This document shows, one piece after another, positions 1 through 10,867 of a stretch of DNA of 64,000 nucleotides (its first letter is position 1; each line of letters opens with the position of its first letter). This DNA is from Neophaeotheca triangularis (taxonomy: Eukaryota). The stretch is from positions 1-64,000 of the forward strand of contig BAAIJX010000033.1 of the NCBI GenBank assembly GCA_054600435.1, read 5' to 3'. The translations under genes and the position numbers were made by a program. Below the pieces are notes generated by a model. The model was not told the DNA's origin, ran no database searches, and was given only the letters and a program-made list of their open reading frames with translations.

Positions 1-215
1 GGGAGGGGTGCGAAAAGTTACCTACACTCTGCAATAGTACCTGCCTTAGTTAAATTATAATGAATCTTCGACCGTTAGACACAAAGCTGAGCTTGTATTC
101 AGTAGCGTTGGGATTGGCGACGGGTTTCTTCGAGGAGAAACGCTACAGACTAGCTAGGTAGTAGTACCTACCTATCTACCCAAGCTACTGTACCGTCACT
201 TGACCCCCACGAGTC

Positions 216-216
<1 letters not shown>

Positions 217-310
<94 letters not shown>
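217..310. repeat. (TG)47 microsatellite
   Basis: Perfect TG dinucleotide run of 94 bp. Confidence 0.98.
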
Positions 311-311
<1 letters not shown>

Positions 312-1061
312 AAGCGGACGGTGAGGTGTGCATGTCATCTATTCTCCTCTCCGTAGGACCAACCTGAAAGTGATCAGGTGCGAGGTGAGCGGACCAATCA
401 AAGGTAAGGGGCAAGCCTCGGTTTCGGAGGGTTGTCTAATAGCAGTAAGTAGTGACTGCCTAAGGATAATACTAGTAGATGATGATGTTGCTGTGCCTGG
501 GGATCACCTCCAGCTGGGTAGTGGGTAGTGGGGATTCTGGAAAGTACCAGTGGCAGTGACTTTTAGCCAAGGTTGGATGACATCTCATCTCGTAGACCTG
601 CTCGTTTTCGGACTGGTCCCCGAGAACACGCCCAAGGTTGAAGGTACCCTGAAGACTAGGTACTAGTACTACTAGGTGTGCCGGAACAAGCTCTGACGGT
701 GCTACGATCATCACACAGATGCGCAGGTGTCGTGTGGAGAAGGTGGAGAAAGCCAAAAGTGGGGAGAAGAGGCGCATACTCCCGAGGTTAAGGTTGGCTA
801 CCCTTTTTGTCATCTAATTCGTACATTAATATTGCCGTTTGTCTTGTCGGCTGTAGACGGCAAGCAAGGAAGGTTTTCGCAACTACACGGCCGGGTACAT
901 TCATTGTTTGCATAAAGTGTGCTCGAGATTGTCGCCAGGAGTGACACCGCTATCGTCTCGGTCGTCACATGTCGTTCAAACCCTCTTCTCAATCTCGGCG
1001 GCCTCTATAGCGGACAGCAGTACTCCTGGGCGCCATGCTATCTCCCTTCCTACATCGCGCC

Positions 1062-2091
1062 TCACGAGCCCCCGCCTAGCCTGAGCATTCTACCCAGTAA
1101 GCTTGCCCGCAAAACCTGGCCCGAAGTGGTCGTCTCCGGGGGTGCCTTTTGATAAGCCCAAAACTCGTCCTTTGTGATCTTCCAGAGATTCAAGTCGCCT
1201 ATAACGATCTGGCCCGAGTTGAAAGCGTCAAAGATTTGCGCGTCTCTCGGGGGCGCTGTCGAGTCGAGTGTTGAATCCTCGCGTGTCGGTTCCTCCACGT
1301 CGTCGTCTCGAGTGCTGCTTGCAGTAGTGGCTTGGCCAGATGGATTCAGATTCTGCATTTCGATATCGTTTTGCTCGGTTGATCGTCGTACACCGCGTTC
1401 CTCAGAGTCAATATCCTGCCTACTCGCTTCCGCTCGTGGCTGCGACACCGCGGTCGCCGAGGCACGAGTTTCTTTCAGCCTTTTCGCTGTCACATGCGCC
1501 GCCATATGTGTCAATTGTAGCAAGATCACTAGCAGATCCAACAACACAAGATGCACCTTGCTGCTCGGTCCCCTTTGTCCGATGAAATCCATAGCTAGTC
1601 CACCGTGCAGATAGCCTCTCGTCGCTTCGCCGGCGGACGGCGCTGCATTCCAGATGTGGAAGAAGATGCAAATCAGGCTAGACACCAATATCCCTCCAAC
1701 GTACGGTCGATTCTGCGGGGGCTCCGGGAAGATGGCTGGCTTGGGCGAGAGGAGGATGAACTGTACGAGGGCTCGCAATAGGAAGCGCAAGAACGAGCAG
1801 CTTTGAGAATTGTCAACTTCTTTTCGTCCTCCACGCGTGCTTCCTCGCGCTATTCACTTACTCCATGTAGTAAATGGTGCTCAGCTCAGCGTAGACGTAC
1901 ATGTCCAGTGTGTTACACAAGTCGAGTAGCAAGTCTCTCCTCTTCTTGTTGAAGACCAATCTGTTGTTCTTGCGCGCTTTCGCCACTTGGGCAGCACTGG
2001 GTATGAGGTCCGCCGGTGCTGTAGTTGCTCCATCTTCGCGGTCGTTGGGATCGTAGGCTGGGGCTGCGGACGAGGAGGGCTCATCGCTCAT
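1062..2091 (-). CDS. DUF1746 membrane protein (Dsc4/Vld1-Gld1-like subunit of the Golgi Dsc E3 ligase complex), 2 exons
   Basis: ATG at 2091 (MSDEPSSS). Intron 1801-1861 (GTAAGT..AAG) joins YYMD/CSFLRFLLR. The motif RGYLHGGLAMDFIGQ and the hydrophobic helices are typical of DUF1746. Confidence 0.8.
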
Positions 2092-2344
2092 GTCTTGTCG
2101 ATATTGAGATTGGGCAAAGACCTTCACATCGTTCGGAGGTCATCGAAATTCTCAAACCGTCGAAGAGAAGTCGTCAATTGCGTATGAGTGTTGTATGTCG
2201 GTGTTGGCGATGGTGTCCACGACGGCTACGAGCGAGCCGTGCATGACGTCGGCTACAATTGCCCGAATGGGATCAAATGGCTCGCGTCTCCCAAACAAAT
2301 ACACACGTTCCCTTCAACACCACAATCTAGACGAAGAAAGCAAC

Positions 2345-3646
2345 ATGGCAAACTTCTTCGATATCCGAGCACGCCAGGCGGCGGCAGCAGCCAATGCCTC
2401 AAGCTCATCGAAAGTACCCATTTCAGAAACGCCTCGTTTACAGCCATGGGTGGAAAAATAGTAAGACCCAACCACGCCTGTCCTGTCCTGTCACACTCTC
2501 AAGCCCCTCTACTAACCTACATCCCCAAGCCGTCCAAAGTCCCTCGACGATGTCGCCTCGCAAGACCACACCGTCACGGTCCTCCGCCGCACCCTCCAAT
2601 CCAACAACCTCCCACACATGCTCTTCTACGGGCCCCCAGGCACAGGCAAAACCTCCACAGTGCTCGCGCTCGCCAAACAGCTCTACGGGCCGGAACTGAT
2701 CAAATCCCGCGTGCTCGAACTCAACGCTTCAGACGAACGCGGCATCTCCATCGTGCGAGAAAAAGTCAAAGACTTTGCGCGCATGCAGCTCTCGAACCCG
2801 CCCGCCGGGCCCGCGGGCGTCGAGTACCGCAAAAAGTACCCGTGTCCGCCGTACAAGATCATCGTGCTCGACGAGGCGGACAGCATGACGCAGGATGCGC
2901 AGAGCGCGCTGCGCAGGACCATGGAGACGTATTCGAAGATTACGCGGTTTTGTCTCGTGTGCAATTATGTTACGAGGATTATCGATCCGCTTGCGAGTCG
3001 GTGTAGCAAGTTTCGGTTTAAGAGTTTGGATGAGGGCAATGCTGGGAGGAGATTGGGGGATATTGCTAAGTTGGAGGGGGTGGGCATGGAGGAGGGCGTG
3101 ATTGAGACGCTTTTGAGGTGTAGTGAGGGGGATTTGCGGAAAGCGATTACGTTTTTGCAGTCGGCGGCGAGGTTGGTGGGAGCGACGCAGCCGCAGGGTG
3201 GGCCGGAGAAGAAGAAGCGAAAGCGCAAGGTGGAGGACGAGGAGGATGAGGAGAGCGGCGATGCTATGGATGTGGATGGTGCTGCCGCGTCTGCCCCGTC
3301 GCTACCCATCACCGTCCGCAGCATAGAGGAGATTGCCGGTGTCATTCCGCCGGCGACGATCGAGACTTTGACGACGGCCATGCAACCCAGCACCAAGGGC
3401 ACGACGTACGGCAAAGTCTCCAAGGCGGTCGAAGATCTTGTCGCAGAAGGCTGGAGCGCGACACAGCTGGTCACTCAATTGTACGAGCAAGTCGTGCTGT
3501 CCGATGAGGCGACCGGAGATTGGCAGAAGAGCAAGATTGTCATGTGCTTCTCCGAGACCGACAAGAGGCTGGTGGATGGGAGTGACGAGCATCTGACTAT
3601 CCTCGACTTGTGCTTGCAGATTGCTGGCATTCTTGGGCAGAAGTAG
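2345..3646 (+). CDS. RFC2: Replication factor C small subunit (yeast Rfc2 / human RFC4 type), 2 exons
   Basis: MANFFD start. Intron 2461-2529 restores PWVEKYRPK. Walker [26 protein letters not shown] and GDLRKAI motifs are present. Confidence 0.93.
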
Positions 3647-4498
3647 TAGAGTGGTGTTTGCCGCGGAGATCATGGGCTGGGCTGTTCATGTCATGGGGAT
3701 AGCGAGGGCGTTGCTGGTGTTTCTGGGCGTTTCGAAATGGCATTTGTTGTGTACGAGACTCATGAGATCCGCTGGACTGAGAAAGTGGCTCGTTTGTAGA
3801 ATAGTTGCAAGTTTGCAAAGAAACAAGAACGATTCAGCTCCAGTGAACAGAACCTCGGAATCCCGACCTTGTGCGTGAATGATCATTGTTGGTCTTACGC
3901 TTCCTTCTAAATGACTAGAGAAGTGTGCGCACAGCGATGCGGGACAGTCCACCGATGTAAGGAGAAAAGGTACTTCAAAACGGTCAATTTGGCCGGCAAC
4001 GTCAAAACATGCTTGGGGAACATGAAGCGGGCATTTCATATTGATTATTTTTTTGGTAGCTACAAACATCCTTCCCCTTCCTCACCAAAAAAAAAAGGCA
4101 AGCGAGAGCTGAGTTTTCATATTGTGTTTTCTTCGAGTGGTGTAGTGGAAGCTCACAGAATCCAAAAGTGATCGTGAAACCCCCCTCCCCCCCTCTGCCC
4201 TTCGTTCCGCCATCGCTTCACCATCCCCTCCGTCCTCACCCATGTCCTTTCCATCGAAGTTCACAGTCTGTGGTACCACCTGGTCTTCCCCTTGTCTCTC
4301 TGTTTACTCCGTCCCTTTGAAAACAGTCCCGTAGATACGACCAACGCCCTCGCTAAAATCATCAAACACGGCCGTTTCCCGGTTTCCCACTTTGTCTCTT
4401 TCCCTAGCGTACACACCCGTAGTCTTTGTCGTGGGTGAAAATTGTTGTTGTTGTGCAACGTCGGTTGCTCAGCGGCGACATGTGATGCTGATCTTCGC

Positions 4499-6651
4499 TT
4501 AAGCAGGTTGCTGGAAAGCGTCGGCAGGTAGCTGGTCCTTGACGCCTTGGAAAGCCTCCAACGCCCTCTGAGGGTTCCATGCGACCTGCTCGAGACACTC
4601 TTTGGAGTAGAACAGGGTCATGTTGGTGGCCTTGGACAGCTCGGCGCACATTTGCTCGGCCATTTCGATGGTGAGGCCGTTGGGGAGGGCTGGCACTGGT
4701 GGGGAAACGCCGCGCTGGTGCTGTTGTTCTGCTGTGCGGTCGTACCCGGTGATGTCCTCGGGCTCGAAAGCGTCGGAGCCGCCAAAGCAGCGAACGACGA
4801 GCATGTCGCTGACTACACGTACGCCAGAGGAGCCGCCTGGACCGATGATGAATGTGCGGTCGAAGCTTCGCTTCTTGTCGGTGGGCTGGCTAGTGCTTTT
4901 GTCGGTTTCGTTGAATTCGCCGTGGACTGTGATGCAAAAGCCGTCGACAGCTTGGCCGTCGTTGTTGGGGACGCCCGGCTGGATGTGAGCCTCGATCATC
5001 CACTTGCGCGCTTCAGAAGCGAGGTCTGGGTGTTTGGTCCCTGGGAAATGGGCCCAGGCATCGGCAATGGCCTTGGTGCCGACGAAGCGACGCTTCATGC
5101 GTGCTGGCAACTGTTGGATTTTCTTCAGGTTGCGGCTGTCCCTAATGTAGTCGTTCCATGGCGTCCTTTCCTGGCCATCTGTGGCGGGGTCGGTGGGGGC
5201 TCTAGTGTTGACGGCGTAAGAGAAATCTGATTGCTCGTCGTAATACATGGCGGCGAGTGCGGGGCGGTCGGCGTCGAAACCGGCGAATAGGTTTCGGACA
5301 AAGGTCTCAGCAATGCCACCCTCGTCCTGGAACGCGGGGCTGCGAACAGGGAATGGCAGCACGGGCTTGGCTTGGTTGGTGACATCTTCTTCCGTGCGGA
5401 CCTGGACTCCGTTGAGCATGCGAAGAGAAGGCCACCATTTCATAACCGTCGTGATGTAGTCGGGCTCGTTTTGCTCCAAAGGGTTGCCAGTGAGCATGAG
5501 GTGTTGTACGTGACGAAAGCGTTTGCGCCACCCGATGAGTGCGCCAGTCTTGTCCAGCTTGTTGTTTGAAAGGTCAAGGTTCTTCAGCTTTGGAAGAGTC
5601 AAGGAAAGCTTGTCGACCGGGTTGAGGTCGGAAAGGTCATTGTTGGAGAGTGAGACGCTTTCGATGGCGGCATACATCTCCTCATCCTTCTCGAATGACT
5701 TCTCCAACACCGCCATTAGGGCAGGGAAGAACTTCTCGGTCGAGCTCTGCTTGTCGAAAACGCTCTTGTTCTTCAGAATCTCTTCTTTGCCGAAGGCGGT
5801 GAGATCGAGGAGCTTGGTATCGGCGTTGTAGCGGGCTTCGAGGAGGGCCTTGAGCATCTCCTTCAAGTTTTGAGTTTCGGCCTTGTGGTCCTTTTGGTCG
5901 CGGCCGAGCTTCTTGACCTCGATGTTCACACCCGCCCAGGCATAGCCATTGAGGCGTATGATAGATCCGAAATCTTCCGATGGTATGCTGATGATCAGGG
6001 CGTCATCTTCAACACGAGACTGTTCTGTAAGTTAGTACTGGTTCGATGGCTCGGCGCCGATCAACCAGGGGTATAAAGCAAGCCGAGAGGGCGCATCGCG
6101 GTCGTCGTCCTGAGATTGGCTGCAAACGATGGCAGACCGGATGTAGCAGCTCCTCGCGGCAGTAAAAAGCGGCCACCGGCGCCGAGTCGATGACGCAGGC
6201 GACAACATACCTTCTTGATCTTGACACTCCTAGCTCTTGATCCAAGCTTGGTGCTTGCCTTCTTTTCCAGCCACTTCACCAACGAGCTCACTCCGCCATC
6301 TTGACTGTCCGAAGCCTTGCTCTTGCTCCAGCCTGTGACTTTCAACTCGACCAACCCCTTGCGCTCTCCCACCGGGGTTCCTTGAGTGGCAGCTTCTTTG
6401 AGTGCCTCTCTCTGCGCAGCTGAGCCTGCAAGATGAGCAGCGAGCCTTGGTGCCCTAGTCGAGCCCGGCTGCCTCCCCGCACCCTTCACCACGCCGCTCT
6501 TCTTGACACCTGCTCCGCCTCTGACTCCTGCGTCCATCTTGACATCTCCATCTCTGTCTGCGCGCATCTTTCCGCCCATACCGCCGCGCCTCTTTCCACT
6601 GGGACCGGTGGGGGCACCAACCGGCGCTCTGGTGTTGTTACGTGTGACCAT
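4499..6651 (-). CDS. MEX67: mRNA export factor Mex67/NXF1 (basic N-terminus, RRM, LRR, NTF2-like, UBA/TAP-C), 2 exons
   Basis: Exon 6651-6211, intron 6020-6210 (GTATGT..TACTAAC..CAG), exon 6019-4499. LRR (LKNLDLSNN), NTF2-like (RSFDRTFII) and TAP-C (TNMTLFYSKECLEQVAWN..LPADAF) motifs are present. Confidence 0.93.
6050..6186 (-). promoter_or_regulatory. Putative structured RNA element (long hairpin) in the MEX67 intron
   Basis: Nested inverted repeats CUCGGCGCCGGU/AUCGGCGCCGAG, GCCG/CGGC, GAGG/CCUC, CAUC/GAUG, CGGUC/GACCG and UCGUU/GACGA. Several mismatches are G-U pairs on the sense strand. Confidence 0.65.
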
Positions 6652-7761
6652 GTCGGCGACTTCGAAGGGCGTAAGCCTTTGCGTTGTGTGACCTCAAAGG
6701 CAAGGCCGGCCAGCGGCTTCGTCTGAATAGTGGATGTTGAGTGCTCACTTCACTTTCGGTAATCGCAAAAGAGTGGTTTCTGGTCGGACGATGGTGTTGT
6801 TTTCAGTGTGGTATGTGGTATGTGGTATGTCGCAGTGGCGTGGGTTTCAGTGGTATTGAGAGAATGGCGGATTGTGAGTAGTGGTATGTTGGAAGTTGAA
6901 GAAGAGGATGGGAAGTTGGATACGGACGACGATTTGGTCAGTCGCAAAGGCTGGCTTGAGGGTCCGTGCGCGGCGTTAGCGGGGGCTGAGAGGGCACTAG
7001 TAACGCTATTCGCGCTATTGTCCTCGGCTTGGCAGAGCTCTACTCGGATTCACTTTGGAGAGACTCATCACGTGGTCACTACTATTGACTCTGTGACTGT
7101 GACTTTGAATGCTTCACTGCCAGTGCCCGAGGCTACAACAACTAGCCAATTCACTGCTAACAATGCTCAAACCACCCATCTGATTTGCGGCGAGGCAGGC
7201 AACAGGCAACGGTTATATGAGGCAAAACAGTTCGATTCCTGGGTTAAGAACGACACCCAACGACGTTCATCAGTTGATCAGTTCATCAGTCACATCACCT
7301 GGGGCTTGTTTAGCAAACCAGGCAGACAGACTAGTAACTTATAACAATCACCTCAACTCAATAATTGCTTTCCATTGATGGGACCTCGATAGTACCGACG
7401 GGAGCTTCCAGTCTTCCTTGACGTCAGCAGGAGCTAGCTTATCTACCTACCTACCTAGGTACTATGTAGGTATTGGATATTTCTGTACCTTACCACTAGG
7501 TAGTATCAACATACCCACAGCTGCAGGCATCGTGTAGTCCCCGTGTCGGTAAACTATCCATCTAGATGCCGTCCGTCTCAGGTACGGTGACATTCACTCC
7601 ATCTGCCGCAAAGATGATGATCGGCCTGGAATGACGAGACGACAGAGATCGCTTCAAGAGCTAAGTATCTAGGTATTCCCTTACCTCTTCGATTTCGACA
7701 TTAGTTTTGTGTAATCGTGTAATCTTATCATCCCTGGGACATCTCTCCAAATCTACCAACA

Positions 7762-9390
7762 ATGGGATTTCAACAAGGTACTTGATGTTTGCCGGCCAAG
7801 ATGTACTTAGCGGGCTAACATGATTAAGACACGCTACCGGCAGATCTTCAGAAGGCATGGGACCAGCTGGACCATCTGTTCTGGGTTGGCAGCGACAAGT
7901 TAAGGCAAATTTCCCAGCGATTTCAAGAAGAGCTTCAGGAAGGTAAGACAATGTCGTCTGCGCAGCGGTACCTCTCTGCCGTTTATGGTGTAGATGCTGA
8001 CTCCAGGCAGGATTGGAAGAAGATGGCCGCAACATTGTCAGGGCAAGCCCAGGAGTTTGGTTTTCTGAGAGTGCTAACACGAAAACAGCCAATGAACATT
8101 ACATGGGTCCTCGGCTTTCCTCATGGCCATGAAAGGGGCTCGTTCCTTACCCTTGATGTTGGCGGTACCAATTTGCGAGTCTGCTGGATCACCCTAAAGG
8201 AGCGCCAAGGCGAAACCGATGTTGCTCAGAATTCCTACAAGCTTCCAGATGGGCTGAAGGAGGGTGATGCTGAGGAGTTATGGGGTTTCTGCGCTGAATC
8301 TTTGCAGGCTTTCATCAATGAGCAGGGTCTGAGGGGCACTGCCGAAGAGCCTCTTCCCCTGGGTTTCACTTTCTCCTACCCAGCGATGCAAAAGTACATT
8401 GATCATGGAGTACTACAAACGTGGACCAAGGGTCTGCAGATCTCTGGTGTCGAAGGTCACGATGCTGCCGGTCAGCTGAGGGAGGTTATAGAAAAGAAGA
8501 ATCTCCCCGTTCGTCTGGTGGCTCTGATTAATGACACGACGGGCGCGATGATTGCTTCCGCTTACAATGACGCGGACACCATAGTAGGCGCCATTTTTGG
8601 CACTGGGTGTAACGCCGCATACATGGAAGACTGCGGCTCAATTCCGAAGCTCGGAGATATCGATGGCCTCTCGGCAGACACCCATATGGCGATCAACTGC
8701 GAGTACGGGGCTTTTGATAACGGCCACCGTGTCCTACCACGCACCAAGTACGATGTGAAAGTCGACGAAGGTTCACCCAAGCCTGGAGAGCAGACCTTCG
8801 AGAAGCTCAGCGCGGGCTTATACCTTGGCGAGATCTTCCGCCTGGTACTCGTCGACTTGCAGGAACAAGGCTTGATATTTCAAAATGAAGATATAGCGCT
8901 ACTCCAACAGCCATACATCCTTGATACGGCTTTCCTGACGAGCATTGAAGACGACACCTCCGTAGGCCAGACCGAGACAGCAGAAAACTTCCACGCCACG
9001 CTGTCTCTTACCCCTTCGGACCACGAACTGGTCCTCTTCCGCAGGCTTGCAGAGGCAATAGCCGTGCGAAGCGCTCGACTATGCACCTGCGGGATTATAG
9101 CCATGTGCCGAAAGAAAGGCATCAAGTCGGGCCATGTTGCTGCCGACGGTAGCGTGGCGAACAAGCATCCGCAGTTCAAGAAGCGTTGGGCGAAAGCTAT
9201 GGCCGAGGTGCTGGAATGGCCTGATGACAGGAGGGAGGATCCTATCATCATAACCAGCGCGGAGGATGGGAGTGGGGTGGGTGCGGCTGTTATTAGTGCC
9301 ATGACTTTGGAGAGGATAAATAAGGGGCATACGGCTGGAATCAGTGAGGAGGCTGTGAGAAAGATGGCTGGGCAGTCATCAAGGCTGTGA
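7762..9390 (+). CDS. Hexokinase-family protein (divergent paralog), 4 exons, C-terminal SRL
   Basis: ATG 7762, with introns at about 7778-7828, 7943-8010 and 8037-8088. Motifs LDVGGTNLRV, LGFTFSYP, WTKG, INDTTG, IFGTGCNAAY, INCEYGAFD, FEKLSAGLYLGE and AEDGSGVGAA are present. Confidence 0.9.
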
Positions 9391-9825
9391 TTGAAGTCAA
9401 CGTGACGTCTCCTTTGATCGTTCAGGATGCCGTCCCTTAATTCGGGGCTGAGGTAGTTTACGCACTCCCTCCGTCAGGGTCAATCAACCTAAGGCTTCGT
9501 AGCGGTGCTATAAAAACGCCAGAAAGGCAGCGAGACTAGGAAGCTCTGCCCGCTCTGCACACATACCCAGCAGTAATACTTTCACCATCAAATTTCTTTC
9601 TCCGGTTGATTGCCTCTATAATACGAGACCCACTTGCAATGCGGGAAACCAAATGCTTGCTGGTGTTAATGTCTCATTCGAATAGAACCTGAGACGTAAA
9701 CTTGGGGGCCAAAAGACGCCCCACTAGTGCCTCGACTTGGCCGAACCATTGGTCTCGACGAACAACACAAACCCTCACTACTATACCTTAACCCCTATAC
9801 CCTCAAAGGCGAAGCAGTAAACATC

Positions 9826-10720
9826 ATGGCCGACCCCTTCGACGCAGCACTGTAAGCTCTCCGAGACACTTCCCCAAACACCCCGTTCCACAAGCTAACA
9901 CACCCCACTCAGCGACCTCCTCCGCCGTCTCCCACCCTCCCGCACCTCCCAAAACCTCCAGGGCATCATCTCCCTCGTCCCCTCTTTAGAAGAAGAACTC
10001 CTCTCCTCCGTCGACGTCGGACTAACAGCCAAACGCTGCCCCAAAACCGGGCGCGACTACCTCTGCTGCGACTACAACCGCGACGGCAGCTCCTACCGCT
10101 CACCATGGAGCAACGAGTTCGACCCTGCCATCGACCCGGACGACGCCGTAGACCTTGTGCCTAGCGGGCGGATCAGACGTATGGAAGAGAGCCTGAACGC
10201 CGCCGTCGACGTCTACCGCGAGCTGTACTACGAGGGCGGCATCTCGAGCGCGTACCTGTGGGCGCTGGACGAGGGGTTCGCCGGCGTCGTATTGGTGAAG
10301 AAGAGCTCGAGTGCAGGCGGTGGGAGCAATGGCGGCTGGGATAGTATACATGTGCTTGAGGTGACGGAGGCGCAGGCGAAGCGGAGCGCGCATTACAAGT
10401 TGACTTCGACGGTGATTTTGGACTTGGGGTTGAAGAGTGAGGCTGTGGGGGGTTTGGAGTTGGCGGGAAACTTGACCAGGCAGACGGAACAGGAGATGCA
10501 ACTGGCGGGGTTGAGGGAGGCTGAGGTGGAGCAGGGGCATGTGGTTAATATAGGGAGGATGGTGGAGGACATGGAGACGAGGATGCGGAATCTGTTGCAG
10601 GAAGTTTATTTTGGAAAGGCGAGGGATGTGGTTGGGGATTTGAGGAGTATTCAGCCGTTGAGCGAGGCTGAGAGGGATCGCGCAACTCACAAAGAGGTTA
10701 TTGGGAAGATGAGCAGGTGA
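9826..10720 (+). CDS. CAP2: F-actin capping protein beta subunit, 2 exons
   Basis: MADPFDAAL/DLLRRLPP is joined by intron 9852-9912. CDYNRDGSSYRSPWSN, LYYEGGISS, WDSIHV and EVYFGKARDVVGDLRS are present. Confidence 0.95.
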
Positions 10721-10867
10721 GGCGAGTGAGAGGGGGGATTATGCATAGGAACGAGGAGATCAGTACGAATAGTCGAGGATGACTCGGCTGAGGTATCAAG
10801 CGGGCTTGCAGGCCTAGCAACAACGTCGTAGGGTAAACGAACATCAATAAAGCTCACAAGAACCTCT

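Noticed and set aside
196..414. ORF with poly-(His-Thr)
   Set aside because: It is a translation of the (TG)n microsatellite.
320..1000. Possible RIP-degraded transposon relic or snoRNA (GTGATGA on the minus strand near 710)
   Set aside because: No transposase or reverse-transcriptase motifs, terminal repeats or matching D box were found.
7225..7245. B-box-like GTTCGATTCC
   Set aside because: There is no cloverleaf, acceptor stem or A box around it, so it is not a tRNA.
7440..7470. Recurrent TACCTA/TAGGTA palindromic words in intergenic DNA (also near 150, 26200 and 51207)
   Set aside because: These low-complexity words appear common in the intergenic DNA here and show no consistent spacing or element boundaries.
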